Source: Paraspadella gotoi
Taxonomy: Eukaryota > Animalia > Chaetognatha
Direction of reading: 5' to 3'
Length of the DNA stretch: 64,000 nt
Assembly: GCA_051294375.1 (NCBI GenBank)
Contig: CM119266.1
Span: 21,643,875 to 21,707,874, forward strand
Position numbers and translations under genes: made by a program. The notes below the pieces were generated by a model. The model was not told where the DNA came from and did not search any database. It saw only the letters and a list, made by a program, of their open reading frames with translations. Numbering within the stretch: position 1 is the stretch's first letter; each line of letters opens with the position of its first letter. This document shows, one piece after another, positions 50,688-62,163 of this stretch.

Positions 50688-52649
50688 CGAGAGAGCGAGA
50701 GAGCGAGAGAGCGAGCCTAAAATCCTAAAACGAGGATTTTTGTATTACTTAAATAATTTTAACGGTCGTTGCATTTTTTTTTTTTTTTTAACTTTTCTGA
50801 TTTCAGAACCATTCAAGTCGCAGCTATCATCAGCAAACCAAAGGGAATGCCGTTTCAAGGTGAATTACCAATGTGCCTTAGGAGTTTTGTTTCTTTTTTC
50901 AAATTTTCGAGTTTATAAGAAGAAACGTGTGGAGTCGGCGAAAAACAAAAGTCAACGCTCATAGTGGCCAAATAGAATGACAATGTCAATGGGTAGATTT
51001 TCGTTTTTAAAAAAATGAATTGACATCGCCTTGGTGAAGGATTTAAATGCGGGCGTTTTTTGGGGTAAAGTGACAGTGATATCTACGATTTTGCGGGTTC
51101 ATCAACTGCTACCTTTTTTTCTCGATTCGATAAACAAAAGCGTTTAATTATGCAGTTTAATCTAGTTAAAATATTATTATAGTTATATTTGTTATCCCGA
51201 CAGATCCCATTCCGTCGCATCGAGCAATACTTCCCACTCGGCACATACCGTTGTGTCGACCCCTCGCTCTGGCGGTGACGATGGCGGCGGAGGCGGCGAC
51301 GGATCCGTGGCTCGCGGTCGCACAGCTCTAATGGAGTCTCTCAACGCCAAGCTCAGCGGGGCTAGTCCACAGGCGAAACTAGTCACTAACTCCCCACAAA
51401 CGCAAATCCCTGGTGACTTCCATTTCTTCGGAATTATCCTTCTTGTCCGACCCCGAGTAAATAAATTATTCATGCTGCAGATCAACGACACTCTTCTCAA
51501 GGCGGTCGCCTCAGGGACGCCGGTCCTGCGCCTCCCTCTCTCCGAAATTTGCCGCAACCTCCTCTTCCTCCGCAGCCTTTCGCCCTTCAGCCCCACCCCT
51601 ACGCTAATCCACTACAACCGACGAACAATCGTAAGATATCAACTTAGCTTTGGGTCAACATTCATATTTCTTTGATTTTACTTGAATTTTTTTTTTCCAG
51701 GTCCCATTCCTCCCGCGCCCTCTCCACAAGCTTTCGCAAACCCGGCGCTTCGCACCGACGGCGGCCGCACCGGTCTCCTGGGCGCCAACAGTCTGCGGCG
51801 CTCCCTTCTCAGCGAGATTAAAGCCGTGGGAGGGGCTACTTCCGGGGCCCTGCGACCCGTCAGGCCCGCCGGTCAGTTTTGATAATGAAAATAAAGAGGG
51901 ATGAATTCTATTCTATTCTATTCATAGTCGGCGGAATAATATAAATCTAATATTTTAAAACCCAGAATTTAAAAGGGCAAAGACGTTGTCTGGACGTTGT
52001 CTAGAGCTTAGTGAAAGTCACGTCTGAAAATTCTAATATTCAATTATGAACAGCGTACTACCAGTGAATATTAATTTATAAAAACAATTAATTTTATGCT
52101 TTTTAATTTTTGCAGTAGGCTATCTTTATATATATTACTATCCTTATAAAATCCAAAAAATTAAAAATGGGATTTTTTTGAATTTTGATGGGAGATTAAA
52201 TTTTTTGTCAAAATTTGATGGAACAAAGTATAAATATTTTTAAGTAGATTAAAAATTTAAAAAATTTTATTCGATATACAAAAAAAATTTTTCAACTTAA
52301 AATATAGGTTTTTCGGATTTTTGACCAACTTAATAAAATAATTTTTAAAAAAGAGATATTTATTTCTATCAACTTTTCATCTTTAAATAAATCTTATAAA
52401 AAATTGAAATATTTATAGGGTTAATTCGATATATAAATATAGCCTACTTCGTAAATTGCAAAAATTTTAATGAAATTTTTTTATACATTAATACTCATTA
52501 GTACTATATTGTTCATACCTCGCTTTTAGAATTTCAATTTAAGTTAAATTTAGAATTTTGACTATACTTTACTGCTAACGTAAACTGTTCTCTCCATGTA
52601 CTTCATTTTTTTAGGCATCAACGATCGATCGGCTCCAAGGATCAATTGA
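33206..52649 (+). CDS. MTSS1: MTSS1/MIM-like I-BAR (IMD) protein with C-terminal WH2
   Basis: Exons: MDAIK..DCASLGGLFQSIINDLK (33206-33289), GSPPIWEDFISKATKL, AFLDCFQKVADIA, TRDIGSALTRLCMRHR, DCLVGPLQEK..DKDHSKDYK, EERSRFCLFVSFLKPV, TPPSSPSSLGSRKSSVCS, RLSSISSQDSGFTSQD, LLSEIKAVG..LRPV, and last exon INDRSAPRIN-stop. All match remembered MTSS1-family motifs. Confidence 0.92.
35085..35127 (-). ncRNA. Minimal type I hammerhead ribozyme (Penelope-like element/retrozyme type)
   Basis: Minus strand reads ACG-CUGAUGA-A-GACUC(GAAAAUAAA)GAGUC-GAAA-C-AU-GUC-CGU. It has the full core, a 5-bp stem II, a palindromic ACAUGU stem III and a 3-bp stem I. Confidence 0.75.
36856..36918 (+). pseudogene. Decayed initiator tRNA-Met-derived relic
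   Basis: AGCGTGGCGTAGTG (A box) ... CCATAA ... GATTGAAATCGTTCTCTG is collinear with the tRNA-iMet copies, but the stems are broken. Confidence 0.45.
37050..37360 (+). mobile_element. Degenerate HINE-like repeat, same family as 55060-55460
   Basis: CAACTCTATAA is followed by a decayed TCCA-type repeat. 37255-37360 (GATGGATTGATCTGAAATTTTGTGTGTGG..) matches the reverse complement of the 55060-55400 unit. Confidence 0.45.
38317..38982. mobile_element. MITE with ~26-bp TIRs, TA-flanked (Tc1/mariner-like)
   Basis: TATACGGATTTCAAATGGGAGTGAAAT ... ATTTCACTCCCCTTTGAAATCCGTGTA. The internal sequence is homologous to the copy at 49727-50342. Confidence 0.8.
40535..41263 (+). CDS. Putative alternative first exons of MTSS1 (IMD-less isoform) or nested two-exon ORF
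   Basis: ORF 40535-40833 splices (GT 40834, AG 40920, phase 2) in frame into 40921-41263. A GTAATT donor at 41264 is phase 0, matching the MTSS1 acceptor at 41377. Confidence 0.55.
47320..47598. mobile_element. Small element with 15-bp inverted termini and internal tandem repeats (HINE/MITE-like)
   Basis: TTATCTCGCCAGACG ... CGTCTGGCGAGATAA, with an internal partial inverted repeat (AAGCGAGAT at 47351) and ~20-25-nt repeats of TATCATCGCATCAATAATT. It sits in T-runs. Confidence 0.75.
47925..48532 (+). CDS. Nested two-exon ORF (~165 aa) starting MGCC, inside an MTSS1 intron
   Basis: Exon 47925-48192, then a GC-AG intron (GCGAGA at 48193, AG at 48301-48302, phase 1), joins in frame to 48303-48532. 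GC content is coding-like. Confidence 0.55.
48793..49007 (-). mobile_element. Second copy of the 8445-8700 element, inverted
   Basis: The reverse complement shares CCATTGGCTCAGAGGGGGAAC and CCTCTGCGTTGGCAAAGCGAGACCGTC plus both termini. Flanks are GTAT/ATAT. Confidence 0.8.
49727..50342. mobile_element. Second copy of the 38317-38982 MITE
   Basis: TACACGGATTTCAA (left TIR internally deleted) ... TTTCACTCCCATTTGAAAACCGTATA. Shares internal blocks GTCCAGCTTG..ACTTTCTTA, CACAACCACAAT and CAGTCAGT. Confidence 0.78.
52026..52536. mobile_element. Old foldback/MITE-like long imperfect inverted repeat in the last MTSS1 intron
   Basis: GAAAATTCTAA..TATGAACA..GTACTA..TATTAAT..GTAGGCTAT (52026-52130) mirrors ATAGCCTAC..ATTAATA..TAGTAC..TGTTCATA..TTAGAATTTC (52430-52536). 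Confidence 0.6.
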
Positions 52650-53268
52650 TGATTGCTCATTCCAATTAAAATCCTTCCTCATGGGAATTTTCTTCCTTAC
52701 TGTTTAGTTGTAGTTGTAAAATTTAATCAAGCATGACTTTTTACCGTGCTGTCTTGATTATGAACTTTGGGTATACCAATACCCCCTAATTGGCATTATC
52801 TTCGGTGCAGCTAACCAAAGGATTTATAGGAACTAAAACCAAGACCAAACTTAGCAATTCGGCCAAAAACACTAGATTATATAGCGCTAATTTATTTACA
52901 ATCTTAGATGGTCACTTCCATATTTTTGTATATATAATTATTAGATCATTTCTCTACTTTAGTATTTCTATACTGTAATGTTCATATTTTCTCGCCCAGT
53001 TGTGAATTGCTCTGAATCTCTACATTAAATAAATTTATACTGATCATATGTTGTCGTTTTATTGTGGCACAGATCAGTCAAGTTAGAAAATGAGCTCGGG
53101 GGTTAAAGGCTCTGCCTCCGGAGTTGTGACGCGTGACATTACATGGTGGATATAAAAGCTTATGCGTTTTGCTGTTACGGAAGTGTAGATTTGTTTTGTA
53201 CCGTATCAGGTCAACGTTATAAACACAAAATACCAGAAATCTTTTTTTGGCTAATTAAAATCTTAACA

Positions 53269-55841
53269 ATGCCGCTGCAGCCTCTGTGGGAACCTAGCGC
53301 TAAGTCACGGCATCATGCAAAAACTATTAAAACGCCGTTGTTTTGGAAGCCTAAAGGTTAGTGGCCGTGACAAGCTTAAGAACCATTAGATTTGGAATCA
53401 ATGTTTGCACTTCAGGGTCATTAACTAATGATGAGATTTTTGACTGGTCCCGTAACAAACGATCGTTGGTTGTGATGCGTCAGAGCGCTCTGTACACCAG
53501 GGCAGAAAAGGTTGGCATCTTTCGAATGCAAGAGATTATATATTGTATTATATTGTATTATATTATGTATTATATTATGAAGGGACATATTTCTCTTTAA
53601 ATTTCGTTCCGATAATCCACAACTTGTTTTTGGGTCGACTTATTATTTCGCATTCACTCGGAACTAAAAAATTTTCTCTTCAAGGAACAATTCTCCAGCC
53701 TTCAGAAAAATGTATCAAAAATTCCCTTTCGTGATGTCTTGTTTGGAAAGGAAGCAACGACTGGTAAACCTGATGACCGAAATGATAGTTTGCTGGCAAA
53801 GTGAATTGAGTTTCTTGTTCAAAGGTCGTCGATTAACGATGGAAGATCACCATACCGTAGATAAAATCACACAGGCAAGCCCCAAACTTTATAGGAAATA
53901 AAAATGTAAATCAAAAACCGCTCACAAAAAATGTTCATTGTTATAATCGTAGCTTCTTTCAGGAATAGAGGTTGACTTTTTTTTTTAGCGGCCGGAATTA
54001 ATCTTAGAAGCATTTGAGCAAAATCACATAGTCGGCAAAGAAATGCTTCGGAGATTTCTCCAAACTCATCCTGCATACCTTGATCAATACATCGAAGAAA
54101 ATTTTACCAAACAGGTTGATAACCATAAATCAAATCATTGCCGTCTGACTCTCAGTTTCTCCACGCTGAACTAGTGGCAATTATTAGGACCTGGAGCGTT
54201 TTTTGATACATCAAACGAGAGGAAAAAGAAAGTCTAGTTTTTACGAGTCAAGAAGAAGTTCAGAAGGGTCGCAAACTTCCATGGCTCTGGGTAATTTTTT
54301 TTTTGTTTAAGGGAAATAAGTGATACTGATTTTAGAAATAATGATTAGGGTAACTTTACTATTCGTCGTCCGTAACCAACCTTAGTTACCACCGGTCGGT
54401 GCTTTGTTAATCCATTTAATTTTGTTTTCCTTCTAGCGTCAGTAATACAAATTTTATAATTTTATAATAAATAATAGTTTTAAATTTGTTTTAATTGTTA
54501 TTTTTATGTTTGAGGTAGAAAATGAATTGTTTATTTACGTACGAGTTGTATAAAGAAACAAATTTCGGACATGTTTCAGCTTCAATGTAAGCCTTCATCA
54601 GCGCAAAAACGAATTGATTTGTGAAACAAATATTTTTACAGACTTTCTCTCTCTCTTTAAACTTCAAAGTCTGTAAACAAGTTTAAGGAAACAATGTCGG
54701 ATCATTAGCGGTAATTAATTAATTAATTCATACAAACTATATAAACTAAAATAATAATTTAATTAATAAATTAATTAATTTGATCCGAAATGTTTGTTTT
54801 TAGGTCTTTTCGTCACTGATCACGACAAAAGCAACGACGACGATGATGGCGATGACGACAATAATGCCGATAAAGATTGACATGATTGATTGATTAATTG
54901 ATTAAATAATTAATTAATTATTTAATCAATTAATTGAACAATTAATTAATAGATAACTAAATAAATTGATTGATTGGATAATTAATTGATTATTTGACGA
55001 TTAATTAATTATTTATTAATTAATTAATTGAATAATTAACTGATTAATTATTTGATTAATTAATACATCTTGCATTTACATTTAATATAAAAAGAAAAAG
55101 AAAAATAATCAATTAGTGAAACAGGTTTTTGTTTTTTCCATTTAAACTCATTTCCACTCAGACGATTCCATCGAAACTTGATTTCCAGCTTAATCACACA
55201 CTTTCCTACCCACATACAAAATTTCAAGTCAATCGCCCCGTCCACTTATGAATAATTGCCATTCAAATAGTGAAATAGATTTTTTTGTTTTTTCCATTTA
55301 AACTCATTTCCACTCAGACAATTCCATCGAAACTTCATATCCAACTCAATCACATATTTCCCTACCCAAACACAAAATTTCATTTCAATCCATCCATTAA
55401 AGTTTTTTGCTAAGGTGGGACGGACGGAAAGACGGATAGACGGACATCGTTTTTTTTTGTGCATAATTTATCATAATTCGACATTCTGACATGATATATG
55501 TGATTGCCCGACAAGATTGAGGGGGCGGACCGACAAAGTGAATTTTTCACAAATCAATTTGTTTTTGCGCTGATGGAGGTTTACATTGAAGCCAAAACAT
55601 ATCCGAAATTTGTTTCTTAATAAAACTCGTTGTATGTTAACATACAATGAAAGGAAAAACAATATTTTTGTCTTATATTTTTTAAACGGTTAGCAATTGG
55701 GTTAAGCTTGGTTAGGGATTAGGGGTGGTTAGGGTTAGGGGTTTTTAGGGATTTGTAATAAAACGTTTTTCTACTCTTACCAGTATCTTTTTTTTATATT
55801 TTTGCCCATAGAAAGATTTTATATAAGTCGGCTCATAAAGA

Positions 55842-55882
<41 letters not shown>

Positions 55883-58800
55883 GACCGCAAATTCCCGGTC
55901 GGCGAATGTAAAAATAAGCCCGTGATTAATTTATTGAATTGCCGTTATTGAATCTACGATTTCTTTTAGACACCATTAAAGACGCGCGAAAACTAAAATG
56001 GAAGAAATTAAAAGCGAATATCGAGGAAATTGGTTCCGGAAACGAACCGATTATCAAAATATTTGTTCAAGTGTGCAACCATTGACAGTAGCTTGTTTGA
56101 AGCTTGGAAGAAATTATATCTCGTGAGTAAATTATCAGATTTTTTTTTTTGTTGTGGTCGAGGTCTGCGAATCACTCTACAAACTGGTTCGACCCGACGA
56201 AGCGCACTTTTACGTCATGAGTCCTAACAAAGAGGATATGATTCTCTACGTCGGCGAAACTGCCCGGACCGGAGGTCTTAACACTTTCAAGGTGTGGCTC
56301 CATTTTCACAGCCGTGACTTCTGGGTAAACCCCCTAATCAACTTGAGCAGGCTAAAGTGGGCACAAATATCGCCGCCTACGTAGGCGCCAGTAGTCACGG
56401 GGTCTTGGTCCAACGAGTTGGCCAACGCGACTATCGGTTCCCTCTTGGCGCAGTGAATTTCGTTGACGAGTCAGTTCGATCCGTCATAGCGCAACCAATG
56501 TTTGATCTCAATGGAAGCTTACAAGCCGTTTTCGTTTTGGGACGATCCGGTAAGTGAGAAAAAGCAAAAAGGTACTGAATGAAAGAAACGTCAAAGATAG
56601 TTTTCAGCAACTTCATTTAACTTTCCTGCAGTCAAAAAGTTGTATTTATCTCATTAAAAGGCTTTCATATTTAAAAGGCTTTTTTTCGAATTTTTGTCCT
56701 TGGTGTGAGCTATATACATTCGTATATCGTCTCCTGATGCATTCCGCACCAGGGACGTCCCTCTGTTTCCAAGAGGCGGATGCCGATGTGGTAGGAGACT
56801 TTCTCCTCTGGACCGGTATGGGTATATACTCGGCGGAAATGTTCATGGGGTTGTCATGGGAACGGAACGTCAACGAATTTTTGCTCGAGATTGTGGAAAG
56901 CCTATTTACGACCAACAACATAGAAGACGTCGTCGGGAAAGTATAAAGCGAGGAAGCGGAAATTTCCTCCCCCCCACTTACCATTTTATTCCTTGTAGAT
57001 CCTCCGATACGGAAAACAATTGATTCAGTGCGACCGAGTTTCGCTCTTTCTCCTCGACCGTCGAAAGAACCAACTCTATGCGAAACTGTTCGAGCAGGTC
57101 CAAGACTTTTTATTTCTCTTTTTTATCTATCGGCGATGACCGTGGTGGCGATTCCTCGAATTCGTCGAATCATACGATTCAGGACGAAGGCGACGTATTG
57201 GAGAAAACGGAAGACATCAACTTTACCGTCAGCAAAGGGATCGCAGGATACTGCGCTTTGAACGGAGTGGTTGCCAACGTTTCCGACGCCTACGAAGACC
57301 CGAGATTTAATCGGTCCTCAGTCTCTTTACAATAAGAAAATCCTTCAGTGAACATAAAAGTTGAAAACGATTTTCATACTTTAAAAGAGAAATCGATCAA
57401 AGAATGGGATACCACACTACAACAATATTGGCGATTCCGATATTTGCTCAACACAACTTCGATTATTCCTCTACTTATGATCGGTCAAAACGTTTCGTTG
57501 GTTCTATTTGGTAATTCCTCTTGACTGAGTGTAAAATTTTTTCCGATTCAAAAGTGATTTACGAACAAAAATGAAATATTGTATTTTATTTTTGGGAAAT
57601 CTCTCACAATATTAATAGTTATCAATACGAAAACTTTAGGTCAAAAAATACCGCTGAACAAAACGCAGAAAATCGTAATTACTTACTTGATGATGATCAA
57701 CAAACGGTAAACCGTAGTAAACTTAACCAATTTACAATGACTAAGTATCTAAATATCTAACTATTCTAAGTAGAAGTATTTTACCTCTTAAAAACAAATA
57801 AAACCGAGGGTCTTTCAGACTACTTCGGCCAGAGATAAGGAAGTAGTCGGAGTAATTCAGTTGATCAACAAAGACAAAGGCTGCTTCAATCAAAAGGACG
57901 AGCGTATCATGCAGGTTGGAAAAGCTCATATCGATTACGAAGTTTCAAAATACGCGGTGACCTTCGTCCAATTGTCCGCAGGTTTTCGCCTCTTATTGCG
58001 GACTTGCCATTTATCAAGCAAAGATTACCGATAAACTTTGGATGGCTGAGAGACGGAAAGAAGTTTTCGAGGTTCAAAATCATGACCAATCGGACTGAAA
58101 TGCTTCTTTTTAAACTAAATACTTAGTAACCAAAGAATTATAGTCAAGCTTATAGCATGATTTATTTAATAAAAAAAAGGCCAACCTGTGTGAACCTATG
58201 TTTGTTTAAAGGAAATGTTAATGTATCATACCCAAGCGTCTTGGCCGCGTCTCCTTGCGGCAAGAAGGGTGGAACTGACCGAAGAGGGGAAGGCAGCTCT
58301 GAAGACTTTCGACTTCTATGACCCACTGATGCCAAGTGATACCCAGGTGTGATCACTGATCAGTTTAGATTAATGCTATTTTGAAACGAGTTCCGTTTAC
58401 TCTCTTGATTTTTTTTATTTTAGGTCGCCTGCGTGGTTCACATGATTAATGATCTAACGGGAGACAACTTGGAATTTTCATTCGACGAAGAGACTGTCTG
58501 GCTTTTTTTCCTCACGGTCAGAAATTGCTACCGTGAACTGCTCTATCACAATTGGGCGCACGGATTTAAGGTAAAGAGCAAAACATTACCTTTTTTATTA
58601 TCTAATTTTTTTCCATTGATTGCAAAACGATCAGGTCACGCAAGCAGCTTACGCTATCCTTAAACGATGCTCCCACCGGTTCAAGCCGCTGGAAAGCGTG
58701 ATCATGTTAATTTCCTGTGCGTGCCATGACATCGATCACCGAGGGCGCACCAATCTCTACATGGCTGAGCACGGAACGGCGCTTGCAGCTCTCTATCCCA

Positions 58801-60790
58801 ATTCCGTTATGGAACAACATCATTTCCGCTTTACAGTCCAACTTTTGCAAAACCAAAGAATCAACATATTCAACAGGCAATTAAGTATATTTCCTAAAAT
58901 ATACAAAAAGTTAGAATGGCGAACTACTAAGAAGACAATCAGCAAAACTTAATATCGAGTTTTTTGAGTAATTTTTTAGTCACTTTTCCCGTTCATTCCA
59001 GCTTCATTCAAGTTTTTCAAAGATTTATTTTCCATGAGATGAATGTTAACCTTAGTCACGGATGTGTGCTTGAAAATGCTTTTTTAAATCGAAATTTTAT
59101 TAAAAAAACTATTATTTTCGTATTTTTAGATTTAGTTTAGAAGACTTACGATCCGTGATGTACTTGATGAAAACTTGCATCCTGGCGACGGACATGGCGA
59201 ACTTGCACAAAAACCGCCAGCGTCTCGCGAGCTTAACAGAAACTGCTTCTTTTGACTGGGAGAACCCGCACCACCGTCGGAAGTTGATGGTCATCTCGAT
59301 GAATTGCTGCGATCTCAGCGCTTCTTATCAAACAGTCGAAGGAAATCGGTTAGCAATGCAGATCGAAATTGTTGTACATTCTGAGGGGTAGTTAGTGAAC
59401 AGGTAATGTTACGGACATCGCTGGAGCGTAGCAGCCATTTCCGTCGCGCTTGGCTAAAAATAGGATCTAACCTGGAAGACACATTAGGGATACTAGGAAT
59501 GGTGCGTACTGCTTAAGATCCCTGGGCTAATTGTAATAATGCGACTCCATCAGCCGATTGGGCGGTGATTTCACGTTAGCGCCAAAATGTGAAAAATAGT
59601 TTTTTGATCGTCGTTCGGTCAGAGCAAACGCGTTTGCCGTCGTCGAGGAATTCTGGGAACAAGGAGATGAAGACAGACTCATGGGAAAACCGGTCGACAT
59701 GATGTTCGATCGAGAATTGGCAAGCGACATGCCCGTTGGACAAATAGGTATCGTGGTATTTGGCCGACATGCACAAATAAAAACATTTCATTGTGAGTGT
59801 AAAATCTTTTTACTCGGTTAAGGGTTTCTACAAAATGTGGCGTTACCCCTGCTACAACTCGAGGCTCTGGTTCTGCCCGAATTTGCAGAACCCGTTAAGC
59901 TTTGTAAAGCGAACATACATGTAATTCTCTTAAAATTATATCAAATCAATAATAAATATTTCACTTAAATTAATTTTAAGTAACGTCTTAATTAGGAGTG
60001 GCAGGCGTTTATGGAGGACCCCGAAACTGGCATGAAGCACAAAGAGGCTCGCTCAAAAGCCACCGAGGAATTGAAGAAAATGCTAGAAATGGTTTTAACT
60101 GCAGGGTCGAACGAGGTCGAACAGATTTACAAATACTCTAAATATCTCGCCTACTGTGAACACGTTCCGTACGATCTTCTTGCGCTGATGGAGAACCAGG
60201 ACAAGGCGAAGAAAAGGGTATTTCGACGAATTGCTTGACGATCTATAAATTATTGTAATATAGTTACTAAATCTTGGCTTTTCTCATTCGCGCAGGTGCT
60301 CATAGAACTTCCTACAGAAGCTCAGGGAACTCAAAGGTGAGATATTTTTAATTACGAGGGCCAAGCTTAATGTTTTTACAAAACTTTACTTAGATGGAGT
60401 TTGCAACTGGACGCAATGCGGGAAGAAGTCGAACACGCAGTCTTCAAGTCGCGACCGAGCGGTACAGAAACGATTACTTCCACAGAATCAGAAGCATCCG
60501 ATCAGGAAGAAGAAACTCAAGCTTTGCCCGTTACCGGAGCGCTGGTTACATTTGGATTAATGCAAATTGAGATCTTGAGCCGCATTTTTTTTAGTTTAAG
60601 CTGTTGCCAACAGTGTTGGGTAATGAATAATTATTCAGCCATTTTCGAATCTCTTCCCCCCCAGACTATGCCTCGACGAACAAGCTTTTTCTTATCACCT
60701 AAGAAACCGACACAACGAAGTTCATTTGCGCCCAGTAAAACTTTGGATAACGTTTTGGATAAAATACACCACCAACAAACGAGAAGGTAA
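53269..60790 (+). CDS. GAF-GAF class I cyclic nucleotide phosphodiesterase, PDE10-like
   Basis: RRFLQTHPAYLDQYIEE N-terminal motif. GAF signature [46 protein letters not shown]. Catalytic motifs YHNWAHG, CHDIDHRG, MEQHHF, ILATD, CCDLS, EFWEQGD and GQIGF. The start at 53269 is inferred from phase-consistent upstream exons. Confidence 0.88.
54563..54607 (-). ncRNA. Minimal type I hammerhead ribozyme in a PDE intron
   Basis: Minus strand reads UUUGCG-CUGAUGA-A-GGCUU(ACAUUG)AAGCU-GAAA-C-AU-GUC-CGAAA. The core and palindromic stem III are the same as at 35085; stem II closes with G-U. Confidence 0.68.
55060..55460 (-). mobile_element. HINE/DINE-like element with ~160-nt tandem units and a (GTCC/GTCT)n microsatellite
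   Basis: Two copies of TTTTTGTTTTTTCCATTTAAACTCATTTCCACTCAGAC..TTCCATCGAAACTT, and GGACGGACGGAAAGACGGATAGACGGAC at 55418-55445. Confidence 0.65.
55545..55630 (+). repeat. Inverted copy of 54541-54626 containing a core-mutated hammerhead
   Basis: TTTTTGCG-CTGATGG-A-GGTTTACATTGAAGCC-AAAA-CATATC-CGAAATTTGTTTCTT is the reverse-complement homolog of the 54563 hammerhead and its flanks. Confidence 0.75.
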
Positions 60791-61788
60791 CAAAGTAAAA
60801 ATCAATTGGTAAAAATAATATTAATCCTAAATTCACGAAAATTAGTCCAACGGCAGTGGGTATCGCCGGGGCATTTCAAAGGTTAGCATTGGGAGCTTCG
60901 GACCTACTCGCGTAGGCATGTTAGGGAAGGTGCATAAGACATTTTGGCCCACGACACAGGTCTTTTTAGTTGGACAGAAGAAGAGGCTGTATGTTGCTTA
61001 TGTGCTTGAAGACTTGAAAATTTCATGCAGATCTTTCGAATCTCTACGTCCGAACGTCAATAATACCTCAAAAAGTATGTCGTTCAATAACGTGAACATT
61101 TAATTTCATCTGGAACAAAATCTCATAGAATTAAGATCCTCAAAATTCGACAATTTACCTTTCAATCGAGCAATACAATCAATACATATATAAGGAATCA
61201 AGGATTGATAATAAGCTTAATGTTATCAGACCTTTCTTTCCTTCCCATTATAGTTTTAATGTTCTAGGGGATTTTTTCCAGATGATAACTCAAACAATTA
61301 TTATATTAGCTAGTTTTGTAAACGGTTCTAGCCTGATAGAGTATTATTATGCATGTTTAGTCCAATTCTATTTAGCTAATAAATAGTTCCTTTTGGATTA
61401 AGCTATAGAAATGTAATTGAAATCATTCCTTGTAAAAGTTGTAACTAAAGATAATAAAAATAAAATGTTTTTGACTATTTGAATATATTCTAAAAAATAC
61501 GAATCTATACAGTGCGCAATATGGGAAGAAAAAGAGAAGTAGCCCAAGGATTGGCACTTCTAGGAATAATATAATAAAATTGATATCCTTTTCATAATTA
61601 AAAGCAGGCTTGGGGAAAATGATCTCAAATTTAAAATACTAGGTTTTATAACCTAATGAACGAGAAAAAAAGCTGCTAATAAAAACCAAAGGATTGTTTA
61701 ATTACAGTCTGAAAATTAGATTCACTTGCTTTAATCAGTGTTCAAACAGTGAAAATGTCCATTGCCAATACTTCAAAGTTGCTAGCGA

Positions 61789-62163
61789 TTATTTCCTTTG
61801 AGCAGCGGCTGCTTGCTGCTGATAGTACTGTTGCCACTGTTGGGCCCAGATTTGTTGCTGTGGGGTCCATCCTGCCTGAGACCCTGTTAATAAAATAATA
61901 ATAATTTTTAGAATCCTTTTGATTTATATTCAATTAAAGACAAAAAATAATAACCTGGAGAAGCGTAATTGCCGTAAGCGTGATTACTGGCACTTTGGCT
62001 ACCATAACCTGTACCATAACCAGTTTGGTTAAAACCCTGAAAAAAAAAGTTGATCAATTGATATTGCTGAATAAACATGCAATTATGAGAGGGATGGGAG
62101 CGAGGAGAGTGTGTTAACCTTATTACCATAGCTCTGATATTGTTGAAAGGAACTCCTTTTAAC
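61789..62163 (-). CDS. 3' exons of a minus-strand gene with a G/Y/S/N/Q low-complexity tail (RNA-binding-protein-like); partial
   Basis: Phase-consistent GT-AG exons 62163-62119, 62037-61956 and 61883-61789 give VKRSSFQQYQSYGNK|GFNQTGYGTGYGSQSASNHAYGNYASP|GSQAGWTPQQQIWAQQWQQYYQQQAAAAQRK-stop. Upstream exons were not resolved. Confidence 0.6.

Noticed and set aside
55700-55750. Interstitial telomere (TTAGGG-like)
   Set aside because: Only a few degenerate units. A similar tract at 49550-49655 suggests it is part of a dispersed repeat.
59350-59620. GC-richer intronic stretch as a possible snoRNA (also 47145-47280 and 60845-60990)
   Set aside because: No clear C/D or H/ACA boxes or stable fold could be identified by eye; unsupported without a covariance search.
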